NCBI GenBank assembly: GCA_903870815.1
Contig: CAIQEI010000085.1
Coordinates: 2,043-66,042 of the forward strand
Reading direction: 5' to 3'
Origin: an uncultured Verrucomicrobia subdivision 3 bacterium
GTDB lineage: Bacteria; Verrucomicrobiota; Verrucomicrobiia; Limisphaerales; UBA11358
Length of the DNA: 64,000 nucleotides
Shown here: in pieces, positions 9,704 through 18,141 of the stretch
How the letters are laid out: the number at the start of each line of letters is the position of its first letter
Numbering within the stretch: the stretch's first letter is position 1
The notes under the pieces: generated by a model
What the model was told of the DNA's origin: nothing
Databases searched by the model: none
What the model saw: the letters and a program-made list of their open reading frames with translations, nothing else
Position numbers and translations under genes: made by a program

Positions 9704-10654
9704 TTACCAGTTGCGTCCTTTCCCGGGTTGAAGCGGCCGGCCTTCCTGGTCGCTCATCGAAAGGCGGCGGCCGCCGTCGATCGAAAGGCCTTCGAGAATC
9801 TGGCCGGCCTGATCCGGCGAAAGCGCCGACGGCGATTCTTCCTTGCCCTGAAGCGAGGCGTTTTCCTTCTGCCCGACAAGGTCTTCCGGATGCTTGCCAT
9901 TTTTACCATTATCGTCCTCCTCACCGTCCTCGCCGGGTGCGCCGGGCGGTGCGTTTGGGCCGGGAATCTGGCCTTTCAGCCGGCCCAACAACTTGCCCAA
10001 ATCCGCCCGCTGCTTGCCCATCGCGCCCAACATGGCCTGCATTTTACGCAAACTGTCCACGAGCTGCGCGAGGTCGCGCTCGACAATTTCCGCGTTTTGC
10101 GTCGCATTGGTGTCGGCGGGATTCAATTCGGCCGCGCTCTTGAAGTCATCCGCAGCGCGCTGCCATTTTTGCAAGGTCTTACCGTAAATCTCCATCGCCG
10201 CCGCCACGGCTTTTTCGGCGTCGCGCAATTCCCTTCGGGCCCCGCGCCCCTCGAGGTAAGCGGCGATCATCCGGTCCAGGTTGTTGTCCGCCAGCGCCGA
10301 TTCCGAGCGGCGGATGGCCTGCTCGCCCGCCGCCGAGGCGGCATGGCCGCGCGCCGAAACCTTTTGAGCATCCGGCCCTTTCTTGATTAGTTCGGCGCCT
10401 TCGGCAAACCGCGCATGACCCAGATTGTAAACCGCCGCCGGCTGGACCGGCTCGTCCTGGGCCGCGACGGCGGACTGGAACAGCTTTTCCGCATCGTCGT
10501 ATTTTTTCCCAGCTAGAAGCCGGGTGCCGGCGTTGTAAAAATCCCGCGCCGTCACCGGAGGAACGACATTGGTCGCGTCCACCGCCAGCGCCCGCCAGCT
10601 CGCCGCCAGCAACAGCGGCAACGCGCGTTTTATGATGGTGGTGAACGGTTTCAT
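9704..10654 (-). CDS. BatC-like TPR protein
   Basis: It has a signal peptide, TPR-like repeats (YNAGTRLLAGKKYDDAEKLFQSA) and an acidic low-complexity tail. It overlaps the VWA gene by 4 nt. Confidence 0.6.
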   Translation of the reverse strand: MKPFTTIIKRALPLLLAASWRALAVDATNVVPPVTARDFYNAGTRLLAGKKYDDAEKLFQSAVAAQDEPVQPAAVYNLGHARFAEGAELIKKGPDAQKVSARGHAASAAGEQAIRRSESALADNNLDRMIAAYLEGRGARRELRDAEKAVAAAMEIYGKTLQKWQRAADDFKSAAELNPADTNATQNAEIVERDLAQLVDSLRKMQAMLGAMGKQRADLGKLLGRLKGQIPGPNAPPGAPGEDGEEDDNGKNGKHPEDLVGQKENASLQGKEESPSALSPDQAGQILEGLSIDGGRRLSMSDQEGRPLQPGKGRNW

Positions 10655-11679
10655 GTCGCGGCCGGAAAGTTTTTTCGCCGCGTGCCGATGAGCGACTCCG
10701 CAATTAGCAGCCCGAGCATGGCTGCGATAAACCAGGGATAACGGTCCACGCCATTTTTTGCGGACGTCCGCAGTCCGCTGGCAACGTCCAAAGTGTGAAT
10801 GGCCGACCGGACTTTCGACAGACCGTCGCCCAGCGTCCCGAGCTGGAAATAGCTGCCGCCGGTTGCCTGCGCAATTTCGCGGAGCGTTTTTTCATCCAAA
10901 TGACTTTGGACAATTTCACCGGCTTCGTCGCGCAAGAGCTCCGGCTGACCGGCGGCGTTAACGAGGTGAACTTCCTTCCCCGCCGGCGTGCCGACGCCGA
11001 GGGTGAACACCACCACGCCGTTCGTCGCCAGGTTCTTGGCGGCGGCGACGCCGGATTTTTCCAGGTCCTCGCCGTCGGTCACCAGCACGACGATCTTGCG
11101 GCGGGTGCCCGGGTCCATCGCCCGGGAGGCCTCGTTCAGCGCGCGGCCGATATCCGTGCCGGGATTCGGAATGGCTTTTTCATCTAGGGACAGCAGCGTT
11201 TCCTCGAATGCGCCCGCGTCGAAGGTGAGCGGGCACTGGATGAATGCGCTGCCGGCGAACGCCACCAGGCCGACCCGGCCGTGGCGCTGCCGCCGCACAA
11301 AATCCAAAATCGCAAATTTTGCGCGCTGCATCCGGCTTGGCGCCACGTCGGTGACCGTCATGCTCAACGAACAGTCGAGCGCGAACACCACATCCTCGCC
11401 GAACCAGGCCTGGTCCGTCCCGACGCTGCCCCATTGCGGCCGGGCCAGCGCGAGGGCCGCGACGACCAGCGCAAGCAGCAACAAGATTTCCTTAAGCCGC
11501 CGACGCGCCGGGCTGTGGGAGGCGGTGAGTTCCGCCACGAAATGCGGCGTCGCCATGCGCGCCAACTGCTCGCACCGACGGCGCGCGGCGTGCCGGCTAA
11601 GCAGCACCAGCAAAAACGGCGCACCCACCGCCAGCCAGAGCCAGCGCGGTTCGGCAAAATGGAAGCCAGCGAAGGGCAT
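10651..11679 (-). CDS. VWA-domain protein (BatB-like)
   Basis: N-terminal TM helices are followed by a VWA MIDAS motif (ALDCSLSM) and LVTDGED. Confidence 0.85.
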   Translation of the reverse strand: MPFAGFHFAEPRWLWLAVGAPFLLVLLSRHAARRRCEQLARMATPHFVAELTASHSPARRRLKEILLLLALVVAALALARPQWGSVGTDQAWFGEDVVFALDCSLSMTVTDVAPSRMQRAKFAILDFVRRQRHGRVGLVAFAGSAFIQCPLTFDAGAFEETLLSLDEKAIPNPGTDIGRALNEASRAMDPGTRRKIVVLVTDGEDLEKSGVAAAKNLATNGVVVFTLGVGTPAGKEVHLVNAAGQPELLRDEAGEIVQSHLDEKTLREIAQATGGSYFQLGTLGDGLSKVRSAIHTLDVASGLRTSAKNGVDRYPWFIAAMLGLLIAESLIGTRRKNFPAAT

Positions 11680-11709
11680 TTACGATTGACGATTGACGAT
11701 TGACGATTT
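11680..11709. repeat. tandem heptanucleotide array (ACGATTG x3 + ACGATTT)
   Basis: Read directly. It abuts the batB-like start codon. Confidence 0.9.
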
Positions 11710-11846
11710 GGTAACGCTGCGCAGCAAAGCCCTTAATTGCAACAGGGGCAATATTCTAGTGGTCAGAACGGAGGGCTGGTAACGTTTCAACGATTCTTGG
11801 AACTGGCGCGTCAAAGAGAACTGAAACCAGTGCTCCGGAGGCTCTG

Positions 11847-11880
11847 AAATCGTAAATCGCATATCGTAAATCATAAATCT
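11847..11880. repeat. tandem heptanucleotide array in the opposite orientation (AAATCGT AAATCGC ATATCGT AAATCAT AAATCT)
   Basis: Read directly. It ends 1 nt from the batA-like stop and is an imperfect reverse complement of the array at 11680-11709. Confidence 0.9.
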
Positions 11881-11881
11881 T

Positions 11882-12922
11882 TCAAGGCACGCGGCGATAC
11901 CGGGTGTTCGCCAAGACCAATTCCACGGCCAGACAACCGAGGGCAGCGAGCAGCGGCCACGCATACAGCGGCTCGTAGGTGGCAAAGCGCCGCAGCTTCA
12001 CCCGGGATTTTTCGAGCCGATCAATCTGGTCGTAAATCGTCTGCAACTCACGCTGGTTGGTGGCGCGATAAAAGCGCCCGCCGGACAGGGCGGACATTTT
12101 TCCAAGCACCGAGTAATTCGCCGGCTGGAGCAGAAGCGTGGGGATGACATTGCCATTCGCATCAAGCCGGAATTGTCCCGTGGCCGGATCGAACGCGGGG
12201 AGATTGCAAGGCGCTTCGATACCGATACCTACGGAGTAAATTTTTGCGCCGAGCGCGGCGGCGAGCTGCGCGGCGGGCAGCGGATCAATCTTGCCCAGGT
12301 TATTGTCGCCGTCCGTCAGCAGAATCATGACGCGGCTCTTGCTGTTGGGCACGGCCTTGAGCCGCTTGGCCGCGACGGCGACGGCGTCGCCAATAGCCGT
12401 GCCGAGGTCGGTGATGATGCCGACATGCAACCGCGCGAGATTTTCGATGAGCCAGCCATGGTTCAGCGTGAGCGGGCTCGCGAGGTACGGCACGCCGGAA
12501 AAGGCAATCAAGCCGATGCGGTCATTGGGGCGTTTCGCGATAAAATCCTTCAGCACGCCGGAGGCGATGGCGAAGCGCGACAGCTTTTCCGCCGGCCGGC
12601 CCATGTCAATCGCCATCATGGACCACGACAAGTCCAGCACCAGCATGATATCAATGCCGGGCGTTTCGGTCTCGACGTGATAATTCGCCAGGCGCGGCCC
12701 GGCGAGCGCCACGATGCCGAGCGCAACCACCAACAACCGGAGAAAAAGCAAAAATCGGCCCGCCGCCGCCCGCGCCGACGCGCCGGCGGCCCGCACGATT
12801 TCCGCACTGGAAAACGTCAGCGCCGACAGCCGCCCGGTCTTGCCCCGCAGCAGCGCATAAACCGGCAGCAGGGCGAGCAGCCCCAGCAGCCAGGGATATT
12901 GGAATTCAAATTCGCCGGTCAT
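11882..12922 (-). CDS. VWA-domain protein (BatA-like)
   Basis: It has N-terminal TM helices (FQYPWLLGLLALLP), the MIDAS motif VLDLSWSM and LLTDGDNN. Confidence 0.85.
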   Translation of the reverse strand: MTGEFEFQYPWLLGLLALLPVYALLRGKTGRLSALTFSSAEIVRAAGASARAAAGRFLLFLRLLVVALGIVALAGPRLANYHVETETPGIDIMLVLDLSWSMMAIDMGRPAEKLSRFAIASGVLKDFIAKRPNDRIGLIAFSGVPYLASPLTLNHGWLIENLARLHVGIITDLGTAIGDAVAVAAKRLKAVPNSKSRVMILLTDGDNNLGKIDPLPAAQLAAALGAKIYSVGIGIEAPCNLPAFDPATGQFRLDANGNVIPTLLLQPANYSVLGKMSALSGGRFYRATNQRELQTIYDQIDRLEKSRVKLRRFATYEPLYAWPLLAALGCLAVELVLANTRYRRVP

Positions 12923-13476
12923 TTCAGAGCCAAATTCCTGGCCTTGGATTCAGCCAGACGCTTTTCAGCCTGCTCAACCAGCGCCAGCGCCCGGCTGGCG
13001 GCCTTGAGCGGAGTCGTGCCGTACGCGGGGGAAAATTTCCGCACATCACATTCGCGAAGAAAACCGGAGATTAGCTGCGCCAGTTCCGGACCGATTTGCG
13101 GGGTTTCGGCGATGGCGGAACAGAATTCCGCCGTAGTCAACTCCTGGTGCGGCAGATTGAACGCCCCGGTCATATAGCGTCTCACGATTTGTGATAAAGA
13201 GCTCAAATTGTTTCCATCTTCCGGCTCGGCTTGCAATTTTGCCAAGGCCTGACGGGCCACCACTTCCGGCGGCAAAATCACCAAACTTTCCGGCCGAAGC
13301 ATTATTTTTAAAATGAAAATAACCAATGCGAGGACGGCAAGGCTGAGAACGATTATCACAGTTTGGTGCTGCACCCAAAACGTCGGCGGCAATTCGCCGT
13401 ATGCCGGCGCGAGCGGGGGCAAAGTGTTTAGGTCAACTTGGGCGAAAAGCTGCAGGGGCGCCAAGAGCAGAAACAT
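12919..13476 (-). CDS. membrane protein of the MoxR/Bat operon (DUF4381-like)
   Basis: It has a single TM (IIVLSLAVLALVIFIL) and a helical C-terminal domain, and lies between the DUF58 and batA genes. The start is placed at ATG 13476 because the upstream part of the ORF reads through two repeat arrays and overlaps the DUF58 gene. Confidence 0.55.
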   Translation of the reverse strand: MFLLLAPLQLFAQVDLNTLPPLAPAYGELPPTFWVQHQTVIIVLSLAVLALVIFILKIMLRPESLVILPPEVVARQALAKLQAEPEDGNNLSSLSQIVRRYMTGAFNLPHQELTTAEFCSAIAETPQIGPELAQLISGFLRECDVRKFSPAYGTTPLKAASRALALVEQAEKRLAESKARNLALK

Positions 13477-13511
13477 CAAACATTCAACATTTAACATCCA
13501 ATCCCGAATGG
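13477..13511. repeat. tandem heptanucleotide array (CAAACAT TCAACAT TTAACAT CCAATCC CGAATGG)
   Basis: Read directly. It abuts the proposed start at 13476. In mRNA sense it gives AUGs spaced 7 nt apart, so in all three frames. Confidence 0.85.
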
Positions 13512-13540
13512 CTCCGCACACCCGTCGGGTCATTGGGCGC

Positions 13541-13568
13541 GGAAGGTGGAAGGTGGAAAGTGGAAGGT
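13541..13568. repeat. tandem heptanucleotide array (GGAAGGT GGAAGGT GGAAAGT GGAAGGT)
   Basis: Read directly. It lies in the same intercistronic gap, 12 nt from the DUF58 stop. Confidence 0.9.
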
Positions 13569-13579
13569 TCATCTCCAAT

Positions 13580-14533
13580 TCACCCGCGCCGACGTCCCCG
13601 GCGGATTTCAAAAAACCGTTGCAGCATGGGCGCGAACGGCTCGGTGGTGTTGAGGCGCAGCGTGTCCACGCCAGTGCGGATGAGCGCGCGATCCAATTCC
13701 GCCAACCGCCCGGCATTAGTAGCGGCAAAACGTTCGCGCACGGAGCGATGGGTGGAGTTGAGTTCCAGTAGCTCCCCCGTCTCCGCATCTTCAATGGTCA
13801 GCAAGCCTGCGTCGGGCAACTCGCATTCGCGCGGATCATGCAGGTGCAGGCAAACAACGTCGTGGCGCGTGTTCGTGAGACCGAGTTCCTGGATGACATC
13901 ACGCCCGGTGTGGTTAGGTGGGGCGAGGCTGCTGACGAGTCGGCTCGCGAGGACGCTCGCCCCACCGGCATTGGTGTGCAAAAAATCCGTGAGCAGAAAC
14001 ACCAACGCCCGGCGGTGCAGAACGTGATTCAAAAAGCCGAGCGCGCCGGAAATTTCCGTGCCGCGTCGCTTTGGTTTGAACGTCAGCATTTCGCGGACAA
14101 GCCGGAGGATGTGTCGCCGGCCTTTGCGCGGCGGGACGAACAATTCCACTTCGTCGGTGAAGAGCAGCAGCGCGACCTTGTCGCCATTTTTCGCGGCGGA
14201 GAACGCGAGCGTGGCGGCGATTTCGGCGGCAAATTCGCGTTTCGTGCGGCTCGCAGAGCCGAAGCTGGACGACGCAGACACATCCACGGCGAGCACGGCG
14301 GTGAGTTCGCGTTCCTCGCGGAAGCGTTTCACGAACGGCCGGCCGAGGCGATGTGTGACGTTCCAGTCAATGTCGCGCACATCGTCGCCGGGGATGTATT
14401 CGCGCAATTCCTCGAAGTCCATGCCGCGCCCCTTGAAGCCGCTCAAATACGCGCCGCCCATCGTGTCGTTCACGAGCCGGTTCGTGCGCACCTCCACACG
14501 GCGGACGGATTCGAGCAGTTCAGTGACGGTCAT
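13580..14533 (-). CDS. DUF58-domain protein
   Basis: The motif GGAYLSGFKGRGMDFEELREYIPGDDVRDIDWNVT is typical of DUF58 partners of MoxR. Confidence 0.9.
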   Translation of the reverse strand: MTVTELLESVRRVEVRTNRLVNDTMGGAYLSGFKGRGMDFEELREYIPGDDVRDIDWNVTHRLGRPFVKRFREERELTAVLAVDVSASSSFGSASRTKREFAAEIAATLAFSAAKNGDKVALLLFTDEVELFVPPRKGRRHILRLVREMLTFKPKRRGTEISGALGFLNHVLHRRALVFLLTDFLHTNAGGASVLASRLVSSLAPPNHTGRDVIQELGLTNTRHDVVCLHLHDPRECELPDAGLLTIEDAETGELLELNSTHRSVRERFAATNAGRLAELDRALIRTGVDTLRLNTTEPFAPMLQRFFEIRRGRRRG

Positions 14534-14543
14534 GGCAAAAACA

Positions 14544-14563
14544 TTTACGATTTACGAGTCGTA
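14544..14563. repeat. tandem heptanucleotide array (TTTACGA TTTACGA GTCGTA)
   Basis: Read directly. It lies 10 nt upstream of the DUF58 start. Confidence 0.8.
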
Positions 14564-14583
14564 TGAGGAAACGCGCGTAATGA

Positions 14584-14604
14584 AAAATCGCATATCGAAA
14601 ATTT
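14584..14604. repeat. tandem heptanucleotide array in the opposite orientation (AAAATCG CATATCG AAAATTT)
   Basis: Read directly. It lies 3 nt from the moxR stop and is partly complementary to 14544-14563. Confidence 0.75.
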
Positions 14605-14607
14605 GAC

Positions 14608-15588
14608 TCACGGCACCGGCACGGCGTTGAAAACTTTCTTGATGATCGCGTCCGTGGTCACGGCCTGCGCCTCGGCTTCGTAGGTCAGGATGATGCGGTG
14701 GCGCAGCACGTCGGGGCCGATACTTTTCACGTCCTCGGGAATCACGTAGTCGCGGCCTTGCAGCAGCGCCCACGCCTTGGCGGCGAGCGTCAGGAAAATC
14801 GTCGCGCGCGGCGACGCGCCGAACTGGATGAAATGTTTCACGTCCAACTTGAAATCCTGGGGCTTGCGGGTGGCGAACACAATTTTCACGATGTAATCGC
14901 GAATCTTGTCGTCCACGTGAATCTGGTCCACGAGCTTGCGCGTCGCGAGAATTTCCTCGAGCGAGACGACGGGTTTCACCGGCTGATCCGGGCTGGTGAA
15001 AGCCATCCGATCGAGAATCTTCCGCTCTTCGGCCTCATTGGGATAATCCAGAATCACCTTGAACATGAAGCGGTCCACCTGCGCTTCGGGCAATGGATAG
15101 GTACCTTCCTGGTCAATCGGATTTTCCGTGGCGAGCACGAGGAAGGGCGACGGCAGCTTCATCGTTTCGCCGCCGAGCGTGACCTGCCGCTCCTGCATGG
15201 CTTCGAGCAGCGCGCTCTGGACTTTGGACGGCGCGCGGTTGATTTCATCGGCGAGAACGAAGTTGGCGAAGATGGGGCCGCGCGTGACGTGGTATTTACC
15301 GTCCTGCGGATTGTAAATCAAGGTGCCGAGAATGTCGGCCGGCAGCAGGTCAGGCGTGAACTGGATGCGATGAAACTTGGCTTGCACCGCCGTGGCGAGT
15401 GTGCGGGCGGACAAAGTCTTGGCCAGGCCGGGAACGCCTTCGAGCAGGACGTGACCGTTGGCGAGCAGGCCGACGAGCAGCCGGTCCACGAGTTGTTCCT
15501 GACCGACGATGACGTGGGCAATTTCCTCGCGCAACTTACCAATCCAAGCGGAAGTTTGCGCGACTTGGTCTTTCAACGAGGTGTTCAT
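14608..15588 (-). CDS. MoxR-family AAA+ ATPase
   Basis: Motifs are VIVGQEQLVDRLLVGLLANGHVLLEGVPGLAKT (Walker A), LADEINRAP (Walker B) and LATENPIDQEGTYPLPEAQVDRF. Confidence 0.95.
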   Translation of the reverse strand: MNTSLKDQVAQTSAWIGKLREEIAHVIVGQEQLVDRLLVGLLANGHVLLEGVPGLAKTLSARTLATAVQAKFHRIQFTPDLLPADILGTLIYNPQDGKYHVTRGPIFANFVLADEINRAPSKVQSALLEAMQERQVTLGGETMKLPSPFLVLATENPIDQEGTYPLPEAQVDRFMFKVILDYPNEAEERKILDRMAFTSPDQPVKPVVSLEEILATRKLVDQIHVDDKIRDYIVKIVFATRKPQDFKLDVKHFIQFGASPRATIFLTLAAKAWALLQGRDYVIPEDVKSIGPDVLRHRIILTYEAEAQAVTTDAIIKKVFNAVPVP

Positions 15589-15974
15589 GCGGCGGAAATC
15601 TATGCGGCGGGGCGGGACGACTCCACACTTTATTTGCCCAGAATCTCACGCCCTGGCCGAAGTTCATATAATATATCGCATTTTTGCAGGGCATTACGCG
15701 CGGCGGAGGATTCCATTCCCGCTGCGCCATCGTCAAATCAATTCCTTGCAGCCGGACGGGCGGTTTGGGCCGGCGGTATATTTTATCGTCCGCCGCAGTG
15801 ATCAGTCGATTCCAGCGGATGAATTTTCCACTGAACCGCACTGGCGATAATTTATTTAGGTGGATAAAAAGCCGCATGCCGGCGGACTTCCGAGAATGGT
15901 CAAAAAAAATCATTATTCATTAAAGGTCCGTGAAATCAGGAGGAAACGCGTTTCCGGCCCTGTAGTTTCCCGGT

Positions 15975-15990
15975 TGGCATCACCGCTGCT
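15975..15990 (+). promoter_or_regulatory. sigma-54-type promoter (-24/-12) for glnB-amtB
   Basis: TGGCATcaccgCTGCT has GG and GC at the canonical spacing of TGGCAC-N5-TTGCW. It lies about 60 nt upstream of the glnB ATG. Confidence 0.6.
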
Positions 15991-16047
15991 AAAGCCGCAT
16001 AGCCAATGTGTAGTTGGCCGGACGCGCACATATAACAAAACCATTAA

Positions 16048-16389
<342 letters not shown>

Positions 16390-16415
16390 ACCAACCAGAA
16401 CCCATTCAATAACAA

Positions 16416-17999
16416 ATGAACATGAAAAAATATTTTCTTACCCTAGGTTTGATGGCCGTGACCGCGCTCGGGACCTTGTCGGTTCGCGCTGATGACACGA
16501 ACGCGGCGGCGGCCTCCACCAATGCGGTAGCGGCGGCAACCAATGAAGTAGCGGCCGCAGCGGCGCCGGCCACGCCGGCTCCGCTGCCAACGGGCACGCT
16601 GGATCAGCGCGTTGGCGCGCTGGAAGCCTACATCGAGAATACTGACCCAACGGCCGGGCTCAAGGACACCAACGGCACACAGATTGCCACCACCGCGATT
16701 CTGGGTAACCCCGGACCGGGCCATAACGCTTGGCTGCTCACCAGTACGGCGTTCGTGCTGTTCATGACGCTGCCCGGCCTGGCGCTGTTCTACGGCGGCA
16801 TGGTGCGCCGCAAAAACGTGCTGTCCGTCCTCGCCCAGTGCTTCCTGATCACCGGCCTGGTGACCATCCTTTGGGTGTACATCGGCTACGGCATGATCTT
16901 CGGCGGCACCGGCGCGGCAGCCAAGGAAGACGTGATTGCCGGCTGGGTTGGCAGCCCGACGATTGACTGGATGTTGAAAAACGTCACGTCGGCTCCGAAC
17001 TCGAACTACTCCTACTGGGTGTCGGAAAACGTGTTTGCGATGTTCCAGTTGATGTTCGCCGTTATTACGCCGGCGCTCATCATTGGTTCCATTGCGGAAC
17101 GCATGAAGTTCAAGGCCATCTTCGTCTTCATGACGTTATGGATGATCATCGTTTACTTCACGCAAGGCCACGCGGTCTGGGGCATCAACGGCTATATGAA
17201 CGGCGTATGGAACGCCGGCGCCAAGATCAAGGCGATGGACTTTGCCGGCGGCACAGTGGTGCATATGACCTCCGGCTATTCGGCCCTCGTATTGGCACTG
17301 ATTCTCGGCAAGCGCAAAGGCTTCGGCAAAGAGAACTTCGCGCCACACAGCCTGGTGTTGACCTACATCGGCACCGGCATGCTGTGGGTTGGCTGGTATG
17401 GTTTCAACTCAGGTTCAGCGGTCGCCGCGGACGTGATTGCGGCCAACGCCTTCACCACCACGACCATCGCCACGGCCATCGCGTCGTTCGTCTGGCCGAT
17501 GTGGGAGTGGATTGTCAAAGGCAAGCCGAGCGTGCTCGGTTTCTGCTCGGGTGCCGTCGCCGGCCTCGTGGTGATCACGCCCGCTTGCGGTTATGTCACG
17601 GCCCAAGGCTCAATCTGGATCGGGATTGCGGCCGGCACAATCTGCTGGTTCATGTGCTACAAGGTCAAGGGCTGGTTCGGCTATGATGACGCCTTGGACA
17701 CCTTCGGTGTTCACGCCATCGGCGGAACAACCGGCGCCATTATGACCGGCATGCTGGCCCGTAACGCGGTCAACGCCAACCTCGCGACCAACCTGAAGGC
17801 CTACGTCACCGACAGCTGGTTCCAACCGCTCGTCAAGGAACAGCTCAAGGCCGTGGCCATCACCATCGTGTTGAGCGTGATTGGCACCATTATCATCGCC
17901 TACATCACCAAGCTGCTCGTGGGTCTGCGCCCGACGGAAGAAGTCGAAATGACTGGTCTCGACGAATCCGAACACGGCGAACTCGGCTACCACGACTGA
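16416..17999 (+). CDS. amtB: ammonium transporter with an N-terminal Ala-rich exported extension
   Basis: The Amt core (AWLLTSTAFVLFMT...FAGGTVVHMTSG...GVHAIGG) follows a signal peptide and an Ala/Thr-rich segment of about 90 aa. Confidence 0.95.
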   Translation: MNMKKYFLTLGLMAVTALGTLSVRADDTNAAAASTNAVAAATNEVAAAAAPATPAPLPTGTLDQRVGALEAYIENTDPTAGLKDTNGTQIATTAILGNPGPGHNAWLLTSTAFVLFMTLPGLALFYGGMVRRKNVLSVLAQCFLITGLVTILWVYIGYGMIFGGTGAAAKEDVIAGWVGSPTIDWMLKNVTSAPNSNYSYWVSENVFAMFQLMFAVITPALIIGSIAERMKFKAIFVFMTLWMIIVYFTQGHAVWGINGYMNGVWNAGAKIKAMDFAGGTVVHMTSGYSALVLALILGKRKGFGKENFAPHSLVLTYIGTGMLWVGWYGFNSGSAVAADVIAANAFTTTTIATAIASFVWPMWEWIVKGKPSVLGFCSGAVAGLVVITPACGYVTAQGSIWIGIAAGTICWFMCYKVKGWFGYDDALDTFGVHAIGGTTGAIMTGMLARNAVNANLATNLKAYVTDSWFQPLVKEQLKAVAITIVLSVIGTIIIAYITKLLVGLRPTEEVEMTGLDESEHGELGYHD

Positions 18000-18034
18000 T
18001 CTTATCCGCCAAGGAGGAGGAACGGGGGATACAC

Positions 18035-18071
18035 ACGGCGGGCAACGCAAGTTGCCCGCCGTTTTTCTTTT
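18035..18071 (+). terminator. rho-independent terminator of glnB-amtB
   Basis: It has a perfect 12-bp stem (ACGGCGGGCAAC / GTTGCCCGCCGT), a GCAA loop and a TTTTTCTTTT tail. Confidence 0.85.
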
Positions 18072-18141
18072 CAGAATCATCCGCGCCGTCGTCCTCGGGC
18101 TCGCGATCGAAAAGAAAGCATCAAGGACCGGAAGGTAAGAT

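Noticed and set aside
11680-11985. The 101-aa ORF in the batA/batB gap.
   Set aside because: It is translated through both heptad arrays (giving IYDMRFTI-type repeat peptides), overlaps the batA 3' end, and has no start context. It is most likely an artefact of the repeats.
998-14604. Heptad arrays considered as a CRISPR or other spacer-containing array.
   Set aside because: The units are only 7 nt, directly abutting, with no unique spacers and at most 5 units. No cas genes are present in the window.
7202-15588. The MoxR-DUF58-DUF4381-BatA-BatB-BatC-BatD-BatE cluster considered as a possible novel system.
   Set aside because: The gene order and domain content match the well-known Bat/MoxR operon described in Bacteroides and widespread in other phyla. 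Only its intercistronic repeats are unusual, and these are reported separately.
15589-15974. ORFs 15536-15913(-), 15509-15850(+) and 15684-15923(+) in the region upstream of glnB.
   Set aside because: They overlap one another in an AT-rich regulatory region, have no motifs and lie in poor coding context. The region more plausibly carries the moxR and glnB control elements.
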